DNA of 63,056 nt, filler included, from Circinaria calcarea (lineage: Eukaryota), in the NCBI GenBank assembly GCA_051942165.1. It is 15 parts of 15 records of this genome, joined end to end, with 100 filler letters (N's around TTAATTAATTAA, not from the genome) between each part and the next. Parts side by side here need not be neighbours in the genome. Positions count along the whole stretch, not along the records: positions 21,080 to 25,192 come from JAVECS010002465.1; positions 25,293 to 29,405 come from JAVECS010002466.1; positions 29,506 to 33,616 come from JAVECS010002467.1; positions 33,717 to 37,824 come from JAVECS010002468.1; 11 more parts are not named here. One strand, 5' to 3'. The stretch's first letter is position 1; each line of letters begins with the position of its first letter. The translations under genes were made by a program, and so were the position numbers. The notes under the pieces are model-generated. The model did no database searches, was not told the origin of the DNA, and saw nothing but the letters and a program-made list of their open reading frames with translations. This document shows positions 21,904-34,500 of this stretch, one piece after another.

Positions 21904-22966
21904 CGCGGATCCACGGGGGTTATGGTGAGGTGCACCTCGCTTTTGCGAGGTGTTTATGGCCGCCTTTGGAGGTGTTTTCATCGCCACCAGATAGGAGCAA
22001 TTGCCGCTTTGAACAAGAACTTAAGAGCAGCATGATACTATTTAAATAACACTGCAGTCCAGGCTTATACCTATAGCCAATAAGTATAGTCCCTGCATAT
22101 CTTGATACGTTTACTGTGTAATACTATTCAATATGGTGCCGTCTATACACATGTACTAATGCAGCAGGTTCTGGAACCTTTTCTTACAAAGAGATTGGTC
22201 TGGCTATGAAATGGTATTTTGAAAAAGGACATGGTCCACCAGTTTACACTGCCTTGCAAGTCCTTCCCTGGGACTGTACTGGCCAAGGCTGAGAAGAGTT
22301 GCAGCATCTAGGCACCCCATCGGCGATCAACACCAGATTAGCATTGCCTATATCATTGCACTGGGCTTGCACAACTTCGGATGACGCCGTTGCTTAAGAA
22401 GAAAGATGTGCCTATCCTTCCCGCTTTGAGATGAAGCAGCAGCTTGCGGCCGAGGAGACGAGGCAATGCTACATACAAGGCTCTGTACATACCTACAGAG
22501 TTCTGACATCTCGGAATGTTGCTGTGGCAGGGATACTAATCCCTGTTTCACTTACAAAATCTGGCCGTGCCAACTCAGGGCGTTAACACTCGGTGCTGTC
22601 AAGACTCTGTATCACAATCTTCTTGTTCCCTTTCCTAGTGCTATTGGCGATGCCACCGGCATAAGGCTTGCATATACTAGCCTACGAACAATAAGATGCA
22701 GCGATCTGAACATCTGTCTCGTTCAGGTGCGTCGTCCGCTGAATGCATATACTAAGCTGCATGTGCTTTTCAATGGCACTGCCTGATTGCGAATCTCTTT
22801 TATCATTACGGACTTTTCCCAATTGTTGTGTAATGCCTGCAGCAACTATTTCACATTCTCTCACAGAAGCCAACTGCCTTTTCGGAAAATGAGAATCGGA
22901 TTGACTCTGTTTATATCATGCCTCGTACTGCAAACCTGCGCTAGATTCTCGCAAGGTTGGATATAA

Positions 22967-24045
22967 TTGTGTCTGGCGGGATTTGAGTTACTGACACTAA
23001 GTTTTGTAGCAACATCAGCTTTGACGGCAACCCTCCTTGACGTAATTAAACCTTCAAATATGCTGGAAGCGCAGTGTGGGGGCTGCTATGTTCTGGCAAA
23101 TATTACCAGTCGCCTTTTGACGAACTCTGTGGGCCAGTTCACTGGCCCTACAGATATCCTGTAAATCTAACTTATTCAAACAAACCTGTACCTTGCAGCT
23201 AATCTAGACGTAGTAACCCTATTACCGCCTATATTATCTTTACTGCATATTCTGTCACTTCGACAATCTTGACAGCAAACCAATGTTCAGTCCTTTCTGG
23301 CAATGCAGTTCAAGTTTCTTCCTTAACCTTTGGGGCGACTTCAGGAGCAGGAATAAACGATGTACTGATCAGTGCCGAACAAACGATTCTCACTTATATC
23401 GGACTTCCAACTTGTTCCCCTGGAGGTATCAACCGCGATTTTGGAGTAACTACGACAATAACTACTATCGGCACTTTCGATTTCACGGCAGTTGCAACAA
23501 CAGGGCCGTTACCACCTGTCACGAATATCCTATCTGCTTCTGTGATGACAATTACAACGACTCAAACAACTACTCCAAATTCTCCTAACATAACTATTGA
23601 ATCCTCCCTTTCGACTCTGCCAACAACCATTAAAATTCCATCAACCCCATTCGAAAGCTCGATCCCCACAGGCCTTGGCACAGGAGCCAAGATTGGAATC
23701 GGTCTTGGTATCCCAGCAATAGTCTTGACCGTACTTGGGGTCTTTTTTGTATGGAGACATATAGGAAGGCAGAAGGAGGTAGGGTCGAAACAGCATAGCA
23801 TAGCGGCGCAGGCAGGCACCTCGACAATGCAAGACCCACAGCCCTTTCTACAACAGAAAGCCGAGATGGATGCAGAACAAAGAAGGTATGAGATGGAAGC
23901 CAACGAAACAAGGTATGAGCTGCAGGGAGGGTCTAGCATACATGAAGTGCAGGTAGTGGAGAGAGCACACGAGATGCAAAAGGGGAAGCCTAGGCAGGAG
24001 CTCAAAGGGGCGGAACATTCGCAAGAGCTCGAGGTCCCTGAGTGA
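22967..24045 (+). CDS. Single-pass membrane protein with a Ser/Thr-rich ectodomain (Mid2/SKG6-like architecture); start codon uncertain
   Basis: Intron 23161-23213 joins two ORFs in frame. Thr-rich stalk, TM segment GAKIGIGLGIPAIVLTVLGVFFVWR, cytosolic QQKAEMDA/YELQG motifs. No in-frame ATG precedes the hydrophobic N-terminus. Confidence 0.65.
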
Positions 24046-24810
24046 TGTCAAGATGGCTGATTTCGAGGCCTCCCGTTATTGCATGGATAAGTAGTTGATT
24101 CTTACACAAGAGAGCTGTCGCCTCAACCTCTCCGTCACAGGCGCTTTTGGATGAAGGAGTCACGTTAGGGCAATCTGTCACGAATTAGGTCGAACCTACT
24201 CCGATCAAATGATCAATGCACTAAAAACCTGAAGCTCCGTGCCACCACTTTCTATATCCCGGATATCGCTAGGCTCATAACTAGCAGCTCCTTTGCTAAC
24301 CACTGGGTTAAGTAATCGATGTTTAGACCTCGATCTCGAAACCAATACTGTCCACCAATTCTAAGACCGCCATCAGAAGAGTCAATTTCAACGCCTGAAC
24401 AGCTCATTTACTAGCCTGCTTTAGATGGTGCTTTCTTCCGCCTCGGCTTCCACATACCGCGAATGGCTATTGAAAGTGTATCGTGGAGTTGAGCCACAAA
24501 GACTAATACAGGTGGCGGCAAGTGGACCCTTCTCGCAGGCCACATGAAGGGGCAGCGCAGGCAGCAGCTGCATGGGACCGGGAAGATGGAGCAGACACGG
24601 CCTCGAGTTCTGGCTGCTCTTGAGAGAAGGACGACGAGAAGAGGAGGGGAGCAGGAAACGGAGGTCCTACAAATACAAAAGCGGCAGCGGGGCACTTTGG
24701 AGGAACAGGGCCGGCGCTATACCGCATGGGGCGAACATCGCATCCCAGAGTATGCGTAATCCGAAGATGATTCCCTCCTCCCTCCATGATTTTGCCTCGC
24801 ATAGCTCTGA

Positions 24811-25192
24811 ATGTCTTGCACTACTCAGCGTCTGTTATACCTACTCCCGCATTTCTCAGCAGCTTCGGCAAGACTATCCTCCATCCAATCTCACCTCTCC
24901 CCCACCACTCCTCCCCGCAGGATGTCGTCCTTCGAAGTCCCCAAAACCATGAAAGGTGTGCTCATTGAGAAAACCGGCGGTACCGAAGTCCTGCAGTACA
25001 AAACCGATCTTCCCGTGCCGACGCCCAAGGAAGGAGAAGTCCTCGTCCGGAACGAGTACATAGGCATCAATTACATTGACACGTAACTCTCCCTCCTCCT
25101 TGCTCCCTTCCCTTCCTCGCCCCTATAAAAGAGCCTCCCCTCGACTGACCCCAACTGCAACACCACTAGTTACTTCCGCACCGGCCTCTACC
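24811..25192 (+). CDS. NADPH:quinone oxidoreductase (zeta-crystallin/ZTA1-like), 5' part
   Basis: MKGVLIEKTGGTEVLQYKTDLPVPTPKEGEVLVRNEYIGINYIDT-intron-YFRTGLY. Alternative ATGs at 24811 (presequence-like) and 24922. Confidence 0.9.
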
Positions 25193-25293
25193 NNNNNNNN
25201 NNNNNNNNNNNNNNNNNNNNNNNNNNNNNNNNNNNNTTAATTAATTAANNNNNNNNNNNNNNNNNNNNNNNNNNNNNNNNNNNNNNNNNNNNC

Positions 25294-25950
25294 AGGCCCC
25301 AACTGCCTGCGCTGGTCGCATCCAACGACGCGACGGTCGTCCATGAGACTTCGAAAGCAGCCTTTGCCATTTACGAAGCGGATAAGTCTAGTTACGCCAC
25401 CGCTCTGAAGGAATTAGCAAAGCTTAAAGGCATCGGACCTGCAACGGCGAGTTTACTGCTCTCTGTTTACGATGAAGAAAATGTACCATTCTTCTCCGAC
25501 GAACTCTTTCGGTGGGTGTGCTGGGATGAGCAAGCCGGGTGGAAGAGAAAGATCAAGTATGATATGAAGGAATATGGAATGCTATGGGAGGGGGTGGAGC
25601 GCCTGAGAGAAAAGCTAGGGAGCAAAGTGAAAGCTGTGGATCTAGAGAAGGTGGCATATGTGTGTGGAAGGTTGGGAGCTGATAAGAAGCTGGCGGATGA
25701 TTTATACACAAGGATCACTGCTGAGAAAGGAGAGAGAGAAACGCCCCAGACAGGTAAATTGATGGCAGCAGCCGATTCTAAGGCAAGGGAAAAAGGCGAA
25801 CAGGGAAATGAGAAAGAGACGGAGAAAGAGAGTGAGAAAGGACATCAAGGTCAGTCAGCTCCTAAACGAAAACATAAAGCAGCTGCTGTACCAAACGAAA
25901 GTGAGAAAGAGCCCACAGCACCAAAGGCCAAACGAACGCGGAGAGCATAA
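25294..25950 (+). CDS. Helix-hairpin-helix protein (Amun-like / DNA-glycosylase-like fold), 3' part
   Basis: RPQLPALVASN...LAKLKGIGPATASLLLSVYDEENVPFFSDELFRW...IKYDMKEY...AVDLEKVAYV, followed by a basic NLS-like tail. Confidence 0.75.
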   Translation, partial: RPQLPALVASNDATVVHETSKAAFAIYEADKSSYATALKELAKLKGIGPATASLLLSVYDEENVPFFSDELFRWVCWDEQAGWKRKIKYDMKEYGMLWEGVERLREKLGSKVKAVDLEKVAYVCGRLGADKKLADDLYTRITAEKGERETPQTGKLMAAADSKAREKGEQGNEKETEKESEKGHQGQSAPKRKHKAAAVPNESEKEPTAPKAKRTRRA

Positions 25951-26996
25951 AGAATGTTCGGATCCCAGTATATGGAGTATTTAAGGGATTATTCAGGAAA
26001 TTGGAACTCTGGTGTATGCCGGGTATGCGTTATCCTAGGGAAACAAAGCAAATTACCAGGGAAGCGCTGGCTCGGTTGATCTCTAGGGTCTCATAAAGAG
26101 TCCTCACTCCCCTCCGTCTATACCTTTACGAAAGGTACAACTCACGGGCTGAGCCAAGAGACGCATGAAAGCCACAATGTCAAATCTGGGGTGAATGATA
26201 GCGGGGGCTCACTACTGGTATCATTCACCAGCGTTTCGTCATGTCACCGCATGTCCCAAAGGAAAGGTGGCCGGCTGCCTGAGCCTAGAAGTTGGTAAGG
26301 AGTCGACGAATGGCTTGCCCATTGACAGCTTTCCGAACAATATTGCAATCAATAGGCCCAATCTGGGGACCGAAGGCGGTGAGCAAGTCGTGGGAAGGAG
26401 GAAAGTTTTAAATATCACAACAATGACATGAGATTTATAATGTGGAGAGCCATTCCCACAGCAAATTGGAAATCAAATCCAGAGGACGGAAGATAGATTC
26501 CCAATTGTCGTCGCGTCCAATTAAAGAATTTACACCGTACTCTGATTCATTCTCTTTTGCTTTAGCCTCCTCCCTCTGCGCTTACGTGCCTATCTAACGT
26601 CCCGGCCGTAACTCGTAAAGCGACTCGTCACCCAAACCACTGCCCGCATTTTAGGGCCGCGTAATAACGTTATTCTCCAACCGCAGTCCCACAAAGCAAA
26701 AGAGATCTCATTGGTTAGTGCTCAGCCTTTTGATGCAAGCTCCATGAAAGTCGTGCCTCGTCGTGGTAAGGACAAGCAGGCAGCTGCTGACGATCTCGGG
26801 CGCGGAACTTCGGTGACTCGTGCTTAGACAGTCAGCACTACTGTACTTCATTCAGATTTACTACTTGACATCCTCCTCATCTGCAGACGTGTTCCCGTAT
26901 CTTAAGCTCAAAAGCGTTGCGTATCCGAGTTCGCATTCACAATCTATCTTGAGAAGGATTGTTGGCCTACAAAGACTCTCTCCATTCTCTCTCGTC

Positions 26997-29405
26997 ATGG
27001 AGAACCCACCGCCTCCACCGTATACCCCCATTGACCCGCTTACACCTCCTCCTCCAGCCTTCGATTCCTCTTTTGAACCTAATATGACCATTCTACCTAC
27101 TATGCCTTCCCTGCGCGGTGGCTATATTCGCCCTGTCGATGAGGACACAGCGCCGGGATCTTCATCAGCGGCGCACTATTTTGATGAGCGGCCTTTTACT
27201 TTCATACCGCCTAGTACCCTTATTTCATACAATCTACCACTAAGTCCCTACACAACCCGGGAAGATTTACGCTTACCGGTTCACTTTGAGGCATGGCGTG
27301 CCAGAGATGTCGTCGAACAAGACTGGGCGACTTTTATCAACTACATTCTCGCGGAACTCCATGTCGAGCCTGACGGGAAGGCTCAGGAAAGCAAAGCGTC
27401 TGTTGTTGCTGAGGATTGGCGGGAAAGCCGGCGAAAGATTGAAGCCGTCATCGCCGAATGGTATGAAGGTTTCTTCGGGCCTCGGAGGATCCGCATCACG
27501 CCAGAGTTCAGTTTAGGCACGTCAGCACGAACGTCCAGTCCATCTCCCTCATACAGAACTATTCAGACGGCCGTACCCTTCCCTGCACCAAACCCAGCGC
27601 CTCCTCCTGGGATGGCAGTTCCCTCGCACGTAAACCACCAGACGTTAGCGCATTCCATGCAGTACATGGGCCGCTTCCCTCCTGGGACGGCGATGGGTCA
27701 CTCTCCAAGGTTCCCATTTCCACCTGGTCAAGGTCCACCGATTCCGTTTGCTGCACAGTCCCAGTTGGGCCCATCAACACAACTCAACATATCGGGACGT
27801 AATGGCAACAGGAGTTGTCTGCTAGGGGAGCAGCGTGATGCCAACGGCAAGTTCAGCGCAGAAAACACATATGACTATCACAACCATCATGCTCACCATG
27901 GTCATCATCATCGTCACCACCGACATGGTAATGGACCTCTTAGCAGCCGTTGCTCTCGGCCAGTTGGCCCCTCTTTGTCATCTCCATCATCTTCCTATTC
28001 TAGTCATCGTGGTCGTCACCAGCATCATGGCGGTACACGTCCCGATAGGCATCGCGGCCGATCTGAAAGCACTTCCTCATCGTCTTCGTCGTCTTCCTCC
28101 TCGTCTATTAGCTCAATCTCCTCGGGTGATCTCGAAGGCGCCGATGCTGATGACATCCAACAGTCTCTTGCGGCATTTTGTCTTGACCCTACTAAGAAGG
28201 ATCATATTCATACCGCTATTCGTCAATTACATTCCGAACTACGCTCTCACCGACGTGGTGATCAACGAGGACGAAAGGAACAATCTCGGGAAGTGCGAAC
28301 GGAGATTCGCAATCAAAAGCGTGCAATTAGGAACGAGGTCAGATCTTTGGTAAAAGAGGCCAAGGCTATGAGAAGGTCAAAGAAACGCGAGCATAAGGCA
28401 GAAAAACGGTGCAAGAAGGCTCAACTCAAAGCCCAAAACGCAGGATTGAATTCTGGGACGTGGGGTTGGAGACAGCGAGGGGGCTCAAGTGCGAGGGGTG
28501 CAAATGACGGACAGTCTCGCTCGTTTGGGCCTGCTAATGTGAATTTAGGCACTGGAGGCCGAGCCCTGCCTAGACAGAGCCAGGGTGTCTTGACCGAACA
28601 TGATATAGGGAGAGATACTGCTAAGGAGAGACGAGCAAATGGGCTGGCCATTCAACTGGAGAGGGAAGCCGAGGAAAGGGAAAGGAAGCTAGAGGCCGAA
28701 GTAAGAGGGAGAGAAAAAGAAGCAGAAGAACGAGAACGACATCTGGCAATACAGGCGGAAGAACGAGAAAGACAACTGGCGAGACAGGCGGAAAAACAGG
28801 AGACACAACTGGCGAGACAGGCTGAAGAAAGAGAAAGACAGGCGGAAGAACGAGAACGGCGACTGGACAGACAAGCCGCCGAAAGAGAACGCCAAGCAGA
28901 AGAACGAGAAAGGCAACTCGAACTACAGCAAGAAGCACGAGACCTCCAACTGGAAAAATCCGAATCCCAGCGAGCCAAACAGCTCGAAAGAGCCGCTGAG
29001 CAACGCGCCAAGCAAGAAGATCAGCGTGTTCGCGAACTTGCAAAAGCCGCCGAAAGGCGAGAGAAAGAAGTCGCGAAGCTCAGGGAGCAAGCGGACGCTC
29101 GAACACGGCATCTTCAGCAAGAAGCCGAAAGCTTCCGCAGCGATCCCAACGGCAGTCTCGGCTCCCGAGCCAGAACCCTCGGCGACCGCGCTCGCACCCT
29201 CAGTATCAATAATGCCGAGGCGACGGCCAGAGCGCTGACGGCTCGCACCAGTGAACTCGGCAGGACGGTCTCGCAGTCTGCGGAGGAGAGGGCGAGGGGA
29301 TTAGGGGTGAGAGAGGAGGAGTTTGGGAGAAGTATGGAGGCTATGGGGGAGGAATTGGGTAGAGGGATGGAAGAGTGGGGCCTTGGGTTTGGGAGGCGGA
29401 TGGAG
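26997..29405 (+). CDS. Hypothetical protein with Pro-, His- and Ser-rich segments and an E/R/Q coiled coil; 3' truncated
   Basis: More than 800 codons open from the ATG at 26997. RDVVEQDWATFINYI block; repeated LARQAEERERQ units at about 28660-28930. Confidence 0.85.
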
Positions 29406-29505
29406 NNNNNNNNNNNNNNNNNNNNNNNNNNNNNNNNNNNNNNNNNNNNTTAATTAATTAANNNNNNNNNNNNNNNNNNNNNNNNNNNNNNNNNNNNNNN
29501 NNNNN

Positions 29506-31564
29506 CTACTTTAACCCTCGATCCGGTCACTCACAAGGTCCCCTCGTACCAGACCCCTCGCAGAACACTGTGGATTCGGACAAGGCAAGAGAAGCACAAA
29601 GGGAAGCAGAAGCTACCGCCGCTCCAAGAAGAGGATCATCTCATCCGGCACAACCGGTATCATCGAGGCGCAGCGCTGACCCGACCTTTGGGGACGAGTC
29701 GTACACAGAACATAGCCGTTTGATATCCACTGCCCCGCCAGCATATTCAGCCGCTACAGCTGGCAGTACCTATCGACCACGCGTTCCCGGTAACCGAACA
29801 AACAGTGAAATTGGGGGTAGTGGTTATAATACAATTGGTCGACAAGAGATTTTCCTACCAATAGGGCAACCAGAAGACTTAGGCGGTCGATCATATGAGA
29901 GTACTGGTGGCCCTGATGAACGTGGCTGGAACCAACGCGCGCGACGCTTTCTAAAGGTTAAATACTTAGTTATCCTTATTGCCCTTCTGATCGGTATCGG
30001 TTTCATCACGGCTGCTATTCTTAGCATGGTTGATCACAGTGTTTGTACCAATGCTATCCTGTATAACCTAGTATACTAACGCACGGTTTAGGAAACGGTC
30101 CCAGGTCCAATTAGTGGGACGCCAGGCCGCGAGAGACTCTCCGACGATGCACCTCGTTCGTGTCCTTCAGGGCTTCATATTAGCACTACGAGATTTGCAT
30201 TTCCACAACCCTCCATATTCGAATTCACTCAGCACGTCCGCAACATACATGACCCTATGCATGTAGATCGAACAAGTTACCGCCAAGTGCGGTTATCCGG
30301 AGAAATCCACGTGAGACCTATATTGGAGGACCTTAAAGATAAAGTGTTGGTCGACGTTGTTACGCATTTTTCGGAATCGGACATGATGAAATCGACAGCC
30401 TGGGACCGTCAAACCAACTCTTTGCGGTTTTACACCCCGAGTCATATTGTCACAGACTCCAGCTCCTCCTCACTGCCATGCATGTTCTCCAATGTCACCA
30501 TCTGGATTTCCCCTGGTGCCAAACTTGATGCGTTACTGATCCAGACTGAATCCTTTTCAGTGACTGTTCATGAAGGCCTGTCATTCGACACCAAAGTCCT
30601 GAAGATCTCGGCAGTCGCGGGTTCGGTAACCTTTCCAAATAGGCATCCTACAGACTCATTATACAACTATCGTGAGGTTATTATATCCACGGTCTCCGGC
30701 TCAATTAATGGCGATTTCCCGCTTTTTGATCTTCTTTCAATCACTTCTGTCTCCGGCACGGTCAACATTGGCCTTGAGCCTAAAGAAGCAGCAGAGGATG
30801 CCCCGGTTCCGGCACAACTACATGTGGAAACTGTCTCTGGTACCGTCTATGTAAATACGCCTGCTATTGTTGGAGCAGATGAAGCGTTTACAGCTGCTGC
30901 AATCCCAGATCGCGATTATCGGGTTTTTGTATCATCTACTAGCGGAACTCAGCATGTTAACGTTATCCATGGATCCGAGACAATCCTTCACTCTATGTCT
31001 GGAACAGTACAGGCGACGCTATCGCCATACGGCGCTCCATGGGCCAAATCCAATATCGACGTCATTACAAAGAGTGGTTCTGTCGAAGTCACCGTTCTCT
31101 CGTCTATTTCGCATGCAGGCCAGGCTATGACGAATTTGCATGGCACTTACAAGCGCCTGTCCGGCAGCTTAAAGGTCAAGTATCCAGGAGAATGGGAAGG
31201 CGAGATCGAAGGCTCGACCCTATCTGGTAGCTTGCACATCGTATGGCCGGGGTTGACAATTATTCAAGATGGAAGGACGGGAGGATCCGGCTACAGAGTC
31301 CTCAAAGCTATCAAAGGTCATGGACATGGGCAGCTGTATTTTGAAGGGATCAGTGGAAGTACCGACCTCATAGGAGGTGCTCTACGGAGCGGTAGGAACA
31401 CTTGGGACGGCAGCGATGAGGGTGAATGGAGAGAGGGGTGGGAAGACCTTGGCACTCCGCAAACTGAAGAACCTCCCGATGAGCCTTCGGTTGAAATACC
31501 TGATCTGGGAGACCATCTGCCGTCGAGATGGCCGGGTTACGATGATGAATGGGTTTATGAATGA
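29506..31564 (+). CDS. Type II membrane protein with a putative adhesin/DUF4097-like beta-repeat domain; 5' truncated
   Basis: Intron 30041-30091 joins the two ORFs in frame. PPAYS motif, one TM helix, then many (T/S)xSG(S/T)(I/V) repeats and YPGEWEG. Confidence 0.82.
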
Positions 31565-34500
31565 TTGAAGCAGGCCGAGGATAGGTGGTGCGAGAGGAGG
31601 GAAGACGCTGAGCCAGCCGCCTCGAGTTGGATGTAGAGGACATGCAGAAGTCGTTGGGATTTCAAATGCGGAAAACGATAATGAGCAATGATTTTGTAGG
31701 ACTTTCGCTTTCGATGACCTACATGCCGGATCTATGATTGAGGCCTAACATATCTGTCAGGGAGGCCTGCTCGGGTATGGGCGATAGTTGATAACTCGAG
31801 ATTTAAATTTCCTTCGATATCATAGTATCCTATCATTCTCCTACACGCAAAGCATTCGTACCGCGAAGATTGTAGAACAAAGTTGCGCACGCCCAGTTCT
31901 TAGGGTTCCAGTGCTCTGGACCCGAATCAGTGTGTCGCTTTGCGGGGGGAAGTTAATCTGGCTCCTTTTTTCGGGGGGGAGGTTTCTAGTCACATGACTT
32001 TGTCGCCGTACCATACCATACCGAAGTACCTATGGTAAGCCGGGCCTTGCTTGGTACGGCTAAAGATCATGAAAGCTTATTTATGGTACTATACTGGTAG
32101 TCGTCGGCGGGTCCTCGGCCATAGTTCGTTTTTTTTTGTCAACTCCAAACCGGTTGGGGTTTTGAAAGGGTTGTCTTATCTGTCAATACTTATAGACCTT
32201 GCTGATCCGTACAAAGCTTGATTTTCCAAAATAGAAAAATAATCCCTTCTTCCTCTTTCCGTGATAATAAGCCTAGCCTGTTTTGAGCTGAGTTGAGCTG
32301 TTAAGCTAAAAATATGGGCGCAGAACCAAGTCCTACCTAACTTTCTCCACATCCACACGTTTACGTTTACGTTTTTGGGCCGCTCAGACATTCGAGTCTC
32401 AGTACAGTAGCTTCTTTTCCCCCTGGATTTGTAGGGATAAATGATTCCTAGAAGGGGCAGATGGCATTCAAATCAATTGTCTGTCACTGTGTTTTGGGCG
32501 TTCTGAAAACGTTTTGCCTGAATTTTTTCTTTTCCCCTGGGCTTTGCCGGGGGGGGGGGAAGTGGGGGGATTGGGAAAGTTGCTGCTTGCGCTCGGATTT
32601 TTGCGCATCCATTAAATTCTACGATTGAATAATAAGTAGTAGTGTGCTACGGGGGCAAATAATAGCCTATACGTATATGCTCTAAATAATGGGGTCACGC
32701 CTCACGTCCAAAATCTTTCGAGTGGAATGATCTATTATTTTGATGGGGGGAAACCCCCCCCCCTTTTCTAAATTACACGTCTTTTGCACCGCACACCTTC
32801 CCTATACCAATAGCCGAGGAAAAGCGCATAATAACGAGCAAAAACTAACTTTTGGTGTTTTCGCCCCGGGGGTAAAGTGAGGGATATTCATGTGGTTTTT
32901 TTTCTATATATGATCTTCTGGTGGTGGGGCGGAAAAAGGTCCATGCTCATTTATACTTTTCGCGCGGGGAGTCTTCTGACATGTTTTGCGGGGAAGCGCA
33001 TTGGGCAGCTACTCCGGCTTAAGCTGTCACTTGTGAAGCTTATTTGCTGAAGGTGTTGTGGATTTGGAGAGGAGAATATACGGCTGAGACCTTGGGGTTT
33101 GGTGGTGTAAATTGGAATCTGTTAGTGCGGTTAGGAGAAAAGACTACAGCAGGACGGGTATATTTGTTTTCCTTAGTCCTCTGCTATATGGGATCTGGAG
33201 GTCTTTTAGAGTGCTTTCTGGGATATTTCAATTATACCTTCAAAGGAGTTGGGCCTTGGCAGTGCTTTGGCTCGGAGTTGGGTACTCTGGCCAGTAGGTT
33301 CCATGATTCATACATGTTTATATTTGCACAGACTTTGCCAAAACCCTCTCTGAATTCTGCGGTTGCTCGGACTGCTAGGCTCTGTCTGTAGCTAAAGCTA
33401 CACAAGTGAACTGCATAACCGGACGTGTTGAGGATAACATATAAGAAGCAGGAAACGCCTGCTCTCCGAACGTCAGCGACAGCTTCTATACCTATTCCAC
33501 AGGTTCCACTGATTACCATTCCCTCTTACTAACCGTTTATTTACTTTTTGAGTATTCTTGCTCCCCTCTAAATCCGTCCCTGAATAAAGAAACAGCTAAT
33601 AGTTATAGTATAACACNNNNNNNNNNNNNNNNNNNNNNNNNNNNNNNNNNNNNNNNNNNNTTAATTAATTAANNNNNNNNNNNNNNNNNNNNNNNNNNNN
33701 NNNNNNNNNNNNNNNNTGTCGTGAGTGGTGCTTGGTGGATCATCATATGATTCAAAAAGGATATTATCGACTTCCTTTCTCGGAGGCTATACGTTTATTA
33801 GAGCAATTTCCTGCGACAATCCTAGAAAATCAGAATGGGCAGGGCATTGCAGGAGTATTGGGATGTTACAATGCAATGCTGTTGCAATCTTGTGGCGATT
33901 ATATTGGGCATTGATAGGAGTAGGCAGCGGCAAAGGTAGGGTACTCAGCAATTGAAGGCTCCCTTGTATAGTACGTATTGTCTAACGTTCATGGATCCGA
34001 TTTGAATAATTCTATCTTTCTTTGAAAAATGCATTGTATTATCTGCTGCTTCTGGTCCCTCTGTACTCATTTCCTCATATATCACGCTTCTAGTGGAACC
34101 ACTATTGTCACGTCTGCCCGTTATACTCCTAAGGCGGGAAGACCCTCTAAGTGTTCCTAGATCGACCGAACTACAGGGAGGCAACGTGCCATGAATGAGC
34201 AGATCCATCCCCATGTTTGCACCATTACTGATGCGCTGACATGTTGGTGAACGGGTGGCAGGGATAGGAGAAACAAAATAAGCTACGTAGGTTATCTAGT
34301 CGAGCTGCTATTCACCAAGAAGACTTTGGGATGAAAGGGATTCGGCATCCTCTTTTCTCCAAAAAGCATGGAGGCTTTCTCCAAGCTAAGAACGATCCTG
34401 AAACGGGTTGACTAGCACCATCTGATCCACACCTCTTTCGGAACCTCAATCCCTTTCTCGTCTCCTTTCTCTTCATATTCTGCCGTGGAGCTTGTAACTT

